A stretch of DNA of 64,000 nucleotides from Squalus acanthias (taxonomy: Eukaryota), in contig CM059431.1 in assembly GCA_030390025.1 (NCBI GenBank), forward strand, positions 106,456,001-106,520,000. The letters are read 5' to 3'. Positions 12,105-25,084 of this stretch are shown here, piece after piece (the first letter of the stretch is position 1; each line of letters starts with the position of its first letter). Under the pieces are notes generated by a model. The model did no database searches. It was not told where the DNA came from and worked only from the letters and a program-made list of their open reading frames with translations. The position numbers and the translations under genes were made by a program.

Positions 12105-12487
12105 TCATTGAAACATACAGGATTCTGAGCGGGATTGACAGGGTAGATGCTGAGAGGTTGTTTCCCCCTGGCTGGAGAGTCTCGAACTAGGGGGCATAGT
12201 GTCAGGATAAGGGGTCGGCCTTTTAAGACCGAGAGGTGGAGGAATTTCTTCACTCAGAGGGTTGTGAATCTTTGGGATTCTCTGCCCTAAAAGGCTGTGG
12301 ATGCTGAGTCTTTGAGTATATTCAAGGCTGAGATCGATAGATCTTTGGACTCCAGAGGAATTAAGGGATATGGAGAATCGGGCAGCAAAGTGGAGTTGAG
12401 GTCGAAGATCAGCCATGATCTTATTGAAATGGCGGAGCAGGCTCGAGGGGCCTTATGGCCTACCCCTGCTCCTAATTCTTATGTTCT
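12105..12487 (+). mobile_element. CR1 LINE 3' fragment
   Basis: ..NFFTQRVVNLWDSLP..IDRSLDSRGIKGY and 3' UTR tggcctacccctgctcctaattcttatgttc. Confidence 0.9.
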
Positions 12488-14232
12488 CGGTGAGAATGCT
12501 TTGGAAATGCAAAAATCTTATTTTCGACTAATTTACCTCACAAAACCGATCAATTGCTTTGCCTCCTGCAGATGGCATGTTAAAGCAGCGGCCTCACCAA
12601 GAAAGCATGGCTGCTGGATAATTCTGGTGAGATTACTTAAAACCCCCTTGAATTAGTACCGATAGTGCAACTGGCTATCACAGCACCACAAAAGACTTCA
12701 GCCTACCGTTTGGCTTCTGCTTAAATATTCTCACTGTTTCACCTCTTATCGCAAACTATCACTGTCTCGTTCTCTCTCACTTCATTTTGTTCATTTGGAG
12801 TCCGAAGCTCCAGAGAAAAAAATGCCGTGTAACTATTTTCTGCGTGGAATACAAGTCCGTTTCACTTTTCATTCCATGCAGCAAAAAGGATTTGAAAGCG
12901 GAACACCAGCATTCCCTCGTACAGAGGAAGCTGATGTATTTCCCATTTAAGCCAACTTCAAATTGATGACGTTTCACATTTTAAAATATACTTCAAACGT
13001 GATTCTCAAAGTACTCTGAACTGCTGGCTCACAATAATGTATTTCAGTCTACGATTTTGGCCAACCACACCAAAAAGCTGTTAACGCGGGTAATCGTAAC
13101 AAAAATCAGTCTGTGACTGTGGAAAGCAATCTCCAGTTGGTTCCTGTTTCATTTGCTTAGCTCGCTATGCTAACCTGTGCTGCATTTTTATACACCCATC
13201 CGCTAACCTGTGAGCACTTTACCAGTCACATTCACAAACTGACTCAAAACCGACCCTTTAAACATGCAGACCTGTCAAATTAACACTCACCTGAACGCAT
13301 CTGTGAACTAAGGAAATGAGAACCGATTAGCTTTCTGCAAAGAGACCAGCATACAGTCTGGTCCGATTTCAAAGTGACTTAATTACCTCATCATTCTTTT
13401 TTATAAAAGCGCTGCATTGTTACAAATGTTTAATCCAAATGATTGGATAACTTGATTTTTTTTGAAGTGCAAGAAACTTTGAATCATCAGAAGTAGAGTG
13501 TGTAACCCTCCCAAAAATGGACCTCACCCTATTACCGAGCACCAAGTTAGAGCCCAATGCACTATTTTCATAAAATTACAGGAATGGAAAGTTCTGATTT
13601 GTGTATTATTTTGGACTGTGCTACTAACACCACCATGAGCCTCATAGGGTTAAAATAGCCTGAGTTGTTGCTATAATACCAAACATGCATTTCACCCCTC
13701 CCCCCCCCCCCCAACATGGTAGTGCTTGTATTATCATTCATGGCAAGTTTAAGACAGAGTCATATTGTTGATTATTGCTTTCTCCACTATAACTAAACTT
13801 TACTTATGTTTTTACTTTAAACACTGCAATAAATTACCTGGGAATGAGATGGCACTGTTTGCATTAGAAGTCCTTGCAAATAGTCATATTGGTCAATGAT
13901 GCTACAAAGGTACTGACCAGCTTAGGAATGCTGAGTGAGTTACCTAAGCTTCCAGTTTTCTTTGACACTAATGTACAAACTATTTAGTAATGTAACTAAT
14001 GCTGTACTTACAAAGTTGTGCCCTGTTCTGCTTCATACACAACTGTGCATAATTTTAAGCAGCTTCTCCAAAACAAAATCTCATTTTATAAAGCATGTCT
14101 TGTGCGAATGCGTTATTTGTATTTTCAAACGGGAGATTAACATGCCTCTTGTTTCGAAGTGGAAGTCACCACACTCTCAATACTAATCAGCGAGTGGGCA
14201 GCAACATCCCAGCATAGAGGCCATGTAGACTT

Positions 14233-14795
14233 TCAGTAGTATAAAGCGCTGGAGCTGGCCACAGCTGGAGTATTTTGTCCAGTTCTGGTCACCACACTTT
14301 AGGAAGGATGTGAAGGCCCTTGAGAGGGTGCAGAGGAGGTTTATCAGAATGGTTCTGGGGATGGGGGATCTCAGCTACAAAGACAGGTTGGAGAAGCTGG
14401 ATTTGTTTTCATTAGCGCAAAGGAGGTTGAGGGCTGATTTGATAGAGGTGTACAAGATTAGGCTAGGCTAGACGGGGAAAGGCTGTTCCCACTAGTTGAT
14501 GGTACAAGGACTAGGAGACACAGATATAAGGTTTTGGGCAAGAGATACAGGGGGGATGAGAGGAAATACTGTTTTACGCAGCGAGTGGTGAGGACCTGGA
14601 ACTCGCTGCCGATGGAAGTGGTGGAAGTGGAGACACTCAATGTTTTCAAGGGGAGACTGGATAGGCACTTGAGGGAAATAAACTTGCAGGGCTACGGGGA
14701 TAGAGCGGGGGAATGGGACTGACTGGATTGCTCTACAGAGAGCCGGCACGGACTCAATGGGCCGAATGGCCTCCTTCTGTGCCGTTATGACTCTA
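14233..14795 (+). mobile_element. CR1 LINE 3' fragment
   Basis: LEY..QFWSPH..KDV.ALERVQRRF, FTQRVVRTWNSLP, 3' stem gggccgaatggcctcc. Confidence 0.9.
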
Positions 14796-16284
14796 GTATG
14801 GGGGATGAATCGCAATTTCATGCAGACAGTAAGATATTTTCAAAACCCAAGCAGATTGCAAACTAATTTTTTTTTTGGACATAGTCAGCTATTTGAGTTA
14901 CATACTTAAAAACTACAGGCTCTTGTTTGTAAAAAGCAGCAGAGATCTGTGCTAAATATCCAGAAATCTTTCGGTTGAGGCCAAATAACTGGAATACTTG
15001 ACCTCGATGACATACTGAAAAATCTCTGTACTGACTGACCTTTGTGAAAGCAAAATCTGAATTTGCACCAAAGAAAAAGTAACTGCTTCAATATGAGAAG
15101 GAATTGTCGGAGAAAGTACTGTGATACGGCTTTACTGCGATAAATACACACACACACACACACATAGACACATGCATACAGACAAACACTCACTCTCTTA
15201 GCCTAATCGCTGTCTAGTCTTTTTCTCTCTCAAGTGTTATGTCTATATACCTTACCACTTCACAACAGAAACTGAACATTCAAAATTATTAATGTTTTGG
15301 CTGTAGGCAATAAGGATATTCAGTGTGACTTGATCAAATCTTATCAATATTTACTGGTTAAAGATGATCAATCATTGATACACGGTAATAGCATTATATT
15401 GGGATCATAATCAGACATTGAATATATTGCACACTATTGCATTTTAAATTGATTCTGAAAATCAATTTTTTATTTTTTTCCCCCAATCTTGAATACTTCA
15501 AATCACATATATGTAGACAAAATAATATGTAGAAAGGCACTGAAAAAACAACAGTAGGTAGGCTTTCTTTATATAAGGGAAGTATCTCCGAAACTATAAA
15601 TGAGGTGAAGTGCTAGTAAACTCTAAATTATTGTATTCATAGTCGACCAGAAACATGGTCTAGTCCAAAAATAGTTGCAATATATATATAGATGAAATAA
15701 TTCACAAAGTTTCAAATGTTCTCCTAAAGTCTAGCTTTCTTAGAATAACTGGAACAATAATTAGATGTGGTTCTCTAGCTGAGAAGCATTTATCTGCAAT
15801 GCCTCACCTCATGCACTCATAGTTATTGTTTTTTTAGACGAGTATGTATAGTAATAATATAAACCACAACATTCCAAAGTTCATCACAAAACAAAACTGC
15901 AGGTGTAATATCGGACATCTGCAAATAACAAACAAACTACAACTATCTGGTGCTTTCCAGTATAATCATCAGTAAGCAACAGCCTTTCTTCCCTTCACCT
16001 TCCCCCACGATATAGACTGCAGTTGGCACCTTGCCACCAATAACCAGAAAGTGCTCCACTGCCATCTACAGGCCATACTGCTTTCCTAATTGTTTAGATG
16101 CAATCAAATAATTTGAAGCCAGCTGCACTTAAATCTTTATTAGTGGGAAATTAATAGGCCCAGAAAAATAAACTGTTTGCATAGCGAATAATAACTTTGT
16201 TGGTTTCTACCCACATTCTACAGTTTGGGCACGGGTGACAATTCACTTCAGAACAGAAAAGTTTAATTTGTAATGGAATCATTT

Positions 16285-16392
16285 CTATAGATTTCTGCAG
16301 GCAATTGCCAGTGCTGTATTTTGCCCTTGTTTGTGCTGGGGAATTGTGAATTTGAATGAGGTACTGATAGACCAGTAAAAGCTCTCGGTTAC
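16285..16392 (-). CDS. PCDH9: In-frame intron read-through tail ([35 protein letters not shown]), candidate short PCDH9 isoform
   Basis: ORF continues 35 codons past the donor to TAG; resembles the recalled mammalian short-isoform tail VNEHFYWSIST. Confidence 0.6.
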   Translation of the reverse strand, partial: VTESFYWSISTSFKFTIPQHKQGQNTALAIACRNL

Positions 16393-19300
16393 CTGTCTGG
16401 TGTGCAATGGACCCTTTGTCTTGAAGCCTCCTTGGGAGCTACACTCTGAGGCACTGAAGTGGTCTGAACTAGTGGAAGAACGCTTGGACAGGGTGTCGCA
16501 ACCCCCAACGAAGGTGTTGTCCAAAGGGAGCTCCTGAATCACGTGATGCTTTTTCGCTGAAATGGGAGTGTCTGGCTTTAGATGAAAAGAGGGCTGTGGC
16601 GAGCCAGATTTGTAATGCCGTGCTAGGTCTGGGCTGTTGGGCTTAAAGGTAGTTGGTGGTGTGGTGCCCCAGTCAAACCGTCCTATAGTCTGCTCCTCCA
16701 GCTCAGCTGGAAGGGTAATGGTCCCATTGATAGGCTCGTGGGCAGGATCATCAGGTTTGGATTCCTCGATGGTAACAAAGTTTAGAAGAGAACTCTTTGG
16801 AGACTTTCTTTTCTTCCTTTTCTTCTTTTTGTTCTGCTTGCTCTCCTGATTTGGAGACATCCACTCAGCGCCCTGCTTGTTCCTTTGTGTGGCTTTGAAC
16901 CTCGACGATTGCCGGCACCGCACCAGTACAGTAACAAAGATGACCACAATCACCACCATAGCCCCCGCCACTATGGCAATCATTATAGTAAGGTAGTCCT
17001 CATTTTGCCAGGGCTGGGTGCTATCTCCAATGTTCTTATCTAGGGGAGTCTCCATAGTCCTTCGTATTAGCTCGTAAATGTAACTAGCATTGCTTACGGT
17101 GTCATTTACATACAAGTAGACAAGTACAAGCGTGTGCAAGGGTTTAGGGTAACCTAAATCACTGATGTTTACCACCAAACGATGCAAGCCCTGGTCGGCA
17201 ACAGTTGGTTTCTCCTCCAAAGTAATATTACCCGTCACAGGATCAATTCTAAACAAGCCCTTATTATTTCCGCTGACAATGGTGTACTTGAGTTCTGCAT
17301 TCATCCCTGTGTCAACATCCACTGCAAACACTTCTGCCACCACAGAACCAGGGATAGCAGAAAGAGATACTAGTTTGAATGAAGAGTTTGAGGGCGGGTA
17401 GATTACAACAGGACTGTTATCATTGACATCTATGACATTGATGGTGACTTTGGCAATGGAGGTGCGGGCCGGTCTCCCCCTGTCTACCGCTTTGACTTCA
17501 AAGGTGTAGGAACTTTGCAGCTCTCTGTCGAATGAAACATTGGACCTTATAACTCCACTCAGCGGGTCCAAAATAAAATTATCGTTGTCGCCAACAACAG
17601 AGGCCATCACCTCCGCGTTCTCCCCAGCATCGGTGTCGGTCACTGTAATCACTCCCACTGTGCTGTACTTTGGTAAATTCTCAGAGACAAAAAACTGGAA
17701 GTGATTGTGGGTAAATTTGGGATTATTGTCATTCTCGTCCAGCACTGTGACAATCACGGCCGCTTGACTCTGAAGGGGAGGATTCCCACTGTCCCTGGCA
17801 GTCACGGTGAAAATGTAGCGCTCTTGCTCCTCCCTGTCAAACACCCTTGAAGCAGTCAAGACCCCGGTCTTGCGGTCCAGGTCGAAAAACGAAGCATTAG
17901 GCCCAAGCTGGTAAACGATCTCGGCGTTCTTGCCGCTGTCATCGTCGGTGGCGCTAATGGTGGTCAAGTACAGACCGCGGTGGTTGTTTTCAGGGACTGA
18001 CAGTTCAATGACAGGCTGACTAAACACTGGCGGGTTGTCATTCTCATCTTCCAGCTTAACTTTCACCAGGGCACTTTGATTCAGACTGGGCTTGCCTGAG
18101 TCAGAGGCAACAATCCTGAAGCTGTATTCTTTTGTGCTCTCATAGTCCAAGAAGGCAGAGGTCTCCAGCAGGTACTGGTTGTCATACACGGCCTTCAGGT
18201 GAAAAGGCACTTCTTTCTCAATGTAACAGACCACTTTCCCATTCACGTCAGTGTCCTTATCTGAGACCGTGATGAGCGCGATCTTGGTATTGACGGGGTC
18301 TTTCTCGGACAGGTAGACGGTGCCATTGATGGGGCTGATGATGTAGCGAATGTCAATGGTCGGCGGGTTGTCGTTGACATCGGTCACGTTGATAATGACG
18401 GTGGCCCTGGCCGGAGTGGAGCTGCCATCCGTGGCCAGCACGGTCATCTTGTGGATGGCCGTCTCCTCGCGGTCCAGGGGCCGCTGGACGGTGATGAGAC
18501 CCACGGTGCTGTTGAGGGCGAAATGCCGGCGGACGGCGGGGGAGACCTGGGGGCTGAAGAGGTAGCGGATCTCGGCGTTGGCCCCCACGTCGGCGTCGGT
18601 GGCGTGCAGCTGGATGACCGAGGTGGCCACGGGGGCATCTTCGGGCAGGTGGACCTCCAACTGGGTCTCTTTGAAGACCGGCTTGTTGTCATTCACGTCG
18701 CTCACCGTCACCTGCAGGATGGCGGTGCTGGACTTCTGCGGGCTGCCTCCGTCCTGGACCTTGATCTTCATGACATAGGTGTCCTTCTGCTCGCGGTCCA
18801 GGTCCTGCTGGACAATCAGCTGCGGCCACTTCTCGCCCTCGGGCGTCTCCACGATGTCCAAGCCGAAGATGCTCTGGCCGTTGAGCAGCTGGTAGTGCTG
18901 CACCCCGTTGGAGCCGGTGTCCGGGTCGGTGGCCGACGGGACGGGGAAGCGGCTGTTGACCAAGGTGTTCTCCGGGATGGAGATGTTGATGACCGGCGAG
19001 GGGAACATGGGCGCGTTGTCGTTGACGTCCCGCACGAAGATCTTGACCTTGACCAGCCTGAAGTGGTCGTTGGGCAGGATGACCACCTCGATCTCGAAGA
19101 AGCACTCGCTGTCGCTGTAGGTGCCGGCGCACAGCTTCTCCCGGTCCACCCGGCTGGAGGTGCTGAAGATCTCGCCGCTGCCGCTGGACACTCGCAGCAG
19201 CGGGATCTCGCCAGCCTTGGACACCAGCCTGTAGATCAGGTTGGCACCGCTGCCGGCGGCTGCATTGAGGTGGGAGATGTTCAGATCCCTGGGGATGTTC

Positions 19301-19422
19301 CCGATCAGGATATTCTCAGGCAGTTCCTCCTGGATGGTGTACACCAGCTCCTGGGCGAGGGCAGAGTCCCCCGTCAGACAAGCGATCAGGGCGAAAAACA
19401 GGTACAAATCCCGCAGATCCAT
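16393..19422 (-). CDS. PCDH9: Protocadherin-9 (delta-1 protocadherin), large first coding exon (1010 codons); downstream cytoplasmic exons lie outside the window
   Basis: [15 protein letters not shown] signal peptide; repeated cadherin Ca-binding motifs (DRE, DxD, DVNDNxP/DENDNxP); [27 protein letters not shown]; tail [45 protein letters not shown] characteristic of PCDH9; phase-0 donor CAG|GTAACC at 16392. Confidence 0.97.
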
Positions 19423-19612
19423 AATTCCACGGCTTGTCTCAGACGGACGCAGGGGTCACTTTCAGTTTTATTCGCACGTTGCAGACTTTGTTTCTCCCCT
19501 TCTAATTGTGCACGGATCGCCGGTCCGCTCGGTATCTATCCTCTGATGCAAGCAGCCATCGGTGCGGCGAAGAAGTTTGAATCTTTTTTTTTCTCCAGGC
19601 TTACGAAGATTT

Positions 19613-19635
19613 CTGCAGAGAAGAAAAAAAAAGCA
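19613..19635 (-). promoter_or_regulatory. Candidate splice acceptor of the large coding exon (would give a 190-nt 5' UTR segment)
   Basis: Minus strand reads tttttttttcttctctgcag|aaatc, with AG at 19614-19613. Confidence 0.55.
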
Positions 19636-20106
19636 GGCGGATACTATATTGCTCTCTCTCTCCTTCCTCCCCTCGGTGCAGTATTTAGAATGCACAGTGC
19701 ACAAAACTGCCGGAGGATGCATTCAGTTCCCAACCACGAGAAGCAGCCTGCAGAACCTTCTTAATGCCACTCGACCGGATGAAAATAATCATATATCTAT
19801 CAAAAAATCACGACCGTAGTCTGAGCAACCGAGGGGGCAGTAGTTTGCAATTATCCCACTATTGCGACAGTTTGCATTGCAACAGAAGTTGCGAGTATAA
19901 AGCACATACTACATACACCCAACTGCAGAATATTCGTGGATTTCTCCCTCCGCTTTAAATCCTCAGTTTTCTTAAAATGCAATTCCAGATTTAAAAAAAA
20001 ATAAATAAGATGATGCAAATAATTACTGATGGAGCTATAACGAGTTGCAGCAGGCAAATGAGTTTGGATCAGCTCTTGTCTTGTCTCCTCCGTTCCCTAT
20101 TCCCCT

Positions 20107-20116
20107 TCTCTCTCTG

Positions 20117-20154
<38 letters not shown>

Positions 20155-20155
20155 G
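20107..20155. repeat. (CT)n(CA)n compound microsatellite next to the promoter
   Basis: Direct reading. Confidence 0.9.
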
Positions 20156-20183
20156 TCTCTCCACTGAATCTTCTCCCTAACTC

Positions 20184-20330
20184 TCAATCAGCCCAAGTGA
20201 GTATAGCCCTCCTGATCCCGCCTCCGGGCCCGCCGCCCATTGGCTGCCCGCCGCCCCCTTGCTGGAGGAGGGAGGGCTCCCCCGCCCATTGGTCGGAGCC
20301 GCCGTCAATCATCGGCGGCGGCCTTGAAAG
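20184..20330 (-). promoter_or_regulatory. GC-rich promoter candidate with two CCAAT+GC-box modules
   Basis: CCGCCCATTGG (CCAAT-GGGCGG on minus) at 20233-20243 and 20282-20292, further CCGCC motifs, CpG-rich, ~0.8 kb upstream of the ATG. Confidence 0.6.
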
Positions 20331-20582
20331 TTGTGCAGAATTCCTAATGAGCTGCAAGGCTGATGTCATGCACCGACAGCCAGTGAGCCGGAGCAGGATC
20401 TGGTCCCAGGCACAGACTGACAGCAAAACCTGCACCGAGCCAGCATCATGAGCTCTCATTGCTCCAGCCACACTCAGTCTTCTTTATTGCATACCCACAA
20501 AAAAAGGCATGCAAAGAATTTACTGGCGAGCAGGACTCAAGAGGGTGCCATCAATATAAGACAGTCACTAATGAAACTTATA

Positions 20583-21055
20583 TACAACAACAACAACTTG
20601 CATTTATGTAGCGCCTTTGACGTAGTAAAACGTCCCAAGGCGCTGCACAGGAGTATTTTAAGGACAACAAATTTGACACCGATCCACATAAGAATAAATT
20701 AGGGCAGGTGACCAAAAGCTTGGTCAAAGAGGTAGGTTTTAAGGAGCGTCTTAAAGGGGGAAAGAGAGGTAGCGAGGCGGAGAGGTTTAGGCAGGGAATT
20801 CCAGAGCTTAGGGCCGAGGCAGCTGAAGGCACGGCCACAAATAGTTGAGCGATTATAATCAGGGATGCTCAGGGCAGAATTAGAGGAGCGCAGATATCTC
20901 GGGGGGTTGTGGGGCTGAAGGAGATTACAGAGACAGGGAGTGGGCGAGGCCATGGAGGGATTTGAAAACAAGGATGAGAATTTTGAAATCGAGGCGTTGC
21001 TTAACCGGGAGTCAATGTAGGTCAGCGGGCACAGGGGGTGATGGGTGAACGGGAC
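20583..21055 (-). mobile_element. L2 LINE 3' fragment
   Basis: Reverse complement of 4860-5310; GRAFSCLGPKLWNSLP..FKTLLKTYLF. Confidence 0.9.
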
Positions 21056-21076
21056 CCAGAGAGCAGTGAGACAGAA

Positions 21077-21378
21077 AGAAAGACTTGCATTTATATAGCG
21101 CCTTTCACGACCACCGGACATCTCAAAGCGCTTTACAGCCAATGAAGTACTTTTTTGACGTGTAGTCACTGTTGCAATGTGGGAAAAGAGTGTGGAACTC
21201 GCTACCACAGGGAGTAGCTGATGTGAATAGCATTTGAGGGGAAGCTGGATAAACACAGGAGGGAGAAAGGAATAGAAGGTTATGCTGATGGGATGAGATG
21301 AAGAAGGGGTGTGGAGCATAAACACCGGCATTGCCCAGTTGGGTTGAAGATCCGGTTTCTGTGCCGTACACTCGATGT
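21077..21378. mobile_element. DeuSINE tail (minus, 21077-21186) abutting a CR1 3' tail (plus, 21187-21378)
   Basis: Homology to the SINE tail and to the CR1 tail at 50600-50815. Confidence 0.75.
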
Positions 21379-23949
21379 AATCGGTATGTTGCACCATCTT
21401 TTCATTTCACCAATTAACAGGTGGCTCCCAAGTTGAAAAAGTAACATCTGAATATCAAACTGAAGAGTTGAGACACATGGTCTCACTGTGATGATCATTA
21501 AAGTGCATTGTATTTTCACCAGTACAGAATCTAGTGGTGTTTTCTTTTAAAAGTTGCCACAAAATGCAGATATTTGCCGATCGAATGCTAAAATGCATTA
21601 AGTTCATTGCAAGTGGCATATGAAAAGAGCGACTGTGTGAAATACCCGAAGCCCTCGGATCAGGGAGCAGTAGTTCTGCACTTGGCAGGGAAAAGAACAT
21701 TCACCTAACTGAATAATTCCCAACAACTCTGGGCAGGGGCCCAGAGTGAGTGATTTGCCGCTTGAAAGCACACGGAGAATCATGGCTCAAGTCTCGTCGA
21801 CTCGGTACGATTCAGATCCCCACCCTCTCCCTCTGTGTGTGTGTATTGTTGTATGTCGCGTTGGGATCGAACAGTAAGGTTTGTTTAAAATAAAAGAATT
21901 AAAAAAAAAAGTGCCTGCAATCTCGCCCTCTGAGATATCAAGAAAAGATGATGAGGTCGGGCATGTAGAACACACAAGTCAGTATATTACAATAATCCCG
22001 ACCTGAACGATCCAGAGCTAATACAATTACTTGCCGCCTGAATTACAAGCAGGGGTAACATTATTTTAACGTGTGTTGGAGATGAGTCGGCAACTGGTAG
22101 CAATTTGCATATTCTGTGTAAATTTTGCAATTTAAAATCTGTAACGTTTTGGGTCTTTCTTCAGTCTGTGCATTCCCACCGTCTTCAGTAGAAGTGTTGG
22201 GGGTGCGGATGAACAGGAGTGTTACATGATGAGAGATTCCGTTTTAATTTACAAAGCATAATGACAAATTAGATAATAAAAACATTCGCCCCGTTAAAAC
22301 TATTTTTCCCAATTCAGTTTTGGCGGTATTGTCATTTAACTAGAACGCGGTTCCAAATCAAGACCAACACACCGTAAGATGAGAGTCTTAAAAGTTTTGT
22401 GCCGTCACTTGGGAGAACTTTATCACCTCCCTTTTTTAAAAAATATAATATTCCCGTGAGATTTTGTTCAAAGTCAAACTATCAGGTTCATTCCGTGTGG
22501 CACTAAGAACTCGGTGCTGTAATTACAGGCAACATGCCAGCGAAGCGCTTCAATGGATCATCTAATCCTGGCTGTGGGGCACGTTTCATTAATTATCCAT
22601 TGGTTTAGACCCCCCAAATCTCCCCATAGCCAAAAAGGAGAACGAGAGAGAGAGAGAGAACGAGAGAAAGCGACTCCTACCTGAAATATCTGGTGCCAAG
22701 GGCCCGTCTAGACAGAGACAGATTACTGAAAAAAAAACAACCCACTATCGTCCTCTCCAATACATCGGGCACAAGACACAGAGCAAGCAAGGGGTTGGGG
22801 GGTTGGGGGGGAAATCAAGGATGCTCACAGCAGTGTCAAAACATTGGATTAACACTGCTTCAAAAATAGCAGTTTAACATCAAAGGTTAAATGTGCATTA
22901 TTCCACAAATTTTCTTTCACCAGACCTAACAAATCTAAATCGAAAATTACTCTTCTTAAAACAGTGCAGCCATTAAATTGGTAAAATGCCACATGCTGAT
23001 TTAAAAAAAAATCCATTAGTCTAATTTTGGTCATTATTTAGTCTTTAAAAGGACACAGGCACTCACATTTTCTGCGATAGACAGATAAGCTCAAACTTAA
23101 ATAAGCAAAATAAAGTACAGATTTAAGTAAAGCAAGGGCCCAAACCTTTGTATCTGTTAATCAATTTCCTCACGTTTCCATCTAAAACGGTGCTGTCTTT
23201 CACATCAACCCTTTATACACCCTTTCAAGAGTAATGCGGATATGTAATCTGACATATTATTCCTTTTAAAGAAGCCCGAAGGAATTTGCAACAAAAAAAA
23301 GCTTCAATACATTATGATTACTTCTGTGCTGGGAAGTGGTGAATATAATCGTCTCCAGAGATCCTCTCAAGCAAGGAAAGTTGTCTCACTGCTTTAGTCT
23401 AGGCTGCCATCTAGAGGAGGTTTTGTTCAATAGCAACCTGCCCGAATGCAGTCTTTGCATTTCCCCCTGTCCAGCTGCACCCGGAGCGCAACGGGGCTGG
23501 CGCATCTCACGTCGGCCTTCGGGCTCTTGGGACTAAAAATTAAAAGCTGAGCATATAAAAGAAAAGGGGTGGTAATACAACGGGCCGGATTTTCTGGGGG
23601 CCTGTGACCGCGTACACACGGCGTAAGCGCCCCGCAACTTGCGATCTGTCGAGTTTCTCCTTTGACAGGTTGTACGCATCCGCTGTAAATTCATGTCCGC
23701 TGGCGCAAGGTTGCTCAACTACTGCCCAGCGAACGCCCACCAAACCCTTATGCCCGGTAAAAGCAGGCGTAAGGCCTTCTTTTTTTTTTACCAGCGTAAG
23801 GGTTTAAATAAATGTTAAAATACATTTTTTTAATGATTTAAACACTCACTTACATTTAAAATTAGTTTTGGTCCATTTTGTCCCGGTTAAAAATGTTTAA
23901 ATTTATTTTTCAAAAAATTACATTTTTATTTTAAATGTTCCATTAAATG

Positions 23950-25033
23950 GTAGGGGGGTAGGGAAAAAGCAGGTAATTACAGACCTGTAAGCCTTACATC
24001 AGTTGTGGGCAAAATGCTGGAGTCCATCATTAAGGATGAAATAGCGGAGCACTTAGCAAATGGGGACAGGATAGGACAGAGTCAACATGGATTTACAAAG
24101 GGTAAATCGTGCTTGACTAATCTATTGGAATTTTTTGAGGGAGTAACTGGTAAAATAGATGGGGGAGAGCCAGTAGATGTGGTGTACCTGGACTTCCAAA
24201 AGGCCTTCGATAAGGTCCCACATAAAAGATTAGCAGGGAAAATTGAAGCTCATGGGATAAAGGGGAAAGTATTGACGTGGATAGAGAACTGGCTGTCAGA
24301 TAGAAAACAGAGAGTTGGAATAAACGGCTCATTTTCTGAATGGCAGGCAGTAACAAGTGGGGTACCACAGGGATCTGTCCTGGGTCCCCAGCTGTTCACA
24401 ATTTACATTAATGACCTGGATCAGGGAGTCGGATGCAGCATTTCCAAATTTGCAGACGACACTAAACTAGGAGGGGGGGTGGGCTCAGAGGAGGAGACCA
24501 GGAAGCTCCAGAGCGATTTGGACAGACTGGGTGATTGGGCGGATAAATGGCAGATGCACTATAATGTGGACAAGTGCGAAGTTATCCACCTTGGGTGCAG
24601 GAACGGGAGGGCAAATTATTATTTAAATGGCAATAAATTGGGAGAGGGGGAAGTACAGAGAGACCTGGGTGTTCTTGTACACCAGTCACTGAAGGCGAGC
24701 ATGCAGGTGCAACAGGCGATCAAGAAGGCAAACGGTATGCTGGCCTTCATAGCAAAAGGGTTGGAATACAGGAACAGGGATACCTTGCTGCAGCTGTACA
24801 GGGCACTGGTGAGACCACACCTCGAGTACTGTGTACAGTTTTGGTCGCCTCATCTGAGGAAAGATGTTCTTGCCATGGAGGGGGTGCAGCGGCGATTCAC
24901 CAGGCTGATACCAGGAATGGCGGGATTGACCTATGAGGAGAGACTATGTAGTTTAGGGATGTACACACTGGAGTTTAGAAGATTGAGAGGGGACCTCATA
25001 GAAGTGTATAAAATTCTGACAGGTCTAGATAGA
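23950..25033 (+). mobile_element. CR1 LINE ORF2 internal fragment with an uninterrupted reverse-transcriptase domain
   Basis: NYRPVSLTSVVGK, QHGF..KSCLTNL, YLDFQKAFDKVPH, GVPQGSVLGP, FADD, RPHLEYCVQFWSP; no 3' UTR. Confidence 0.95.
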
Positions 25034-25084
25034 ATTAATTTTGAACATGTGATGATTTATTCTTATCTAAGTATTGTGAATTTT

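Noticed and set aside
1..16284. Downstream PCDH9 exons carrying the RRVTF and conserved cytoplasmic motifs
   Set aside because: Not found in the ORF track or by reading; expected beyond the window because delta-protocadherin introns are very large
18451..19764. 437-aa plus-strand ORF antisense to PCDH9
   Set aside because: Mirror frame of GC3-rich cadherin codons; no recognisable domain; explained by codon bias
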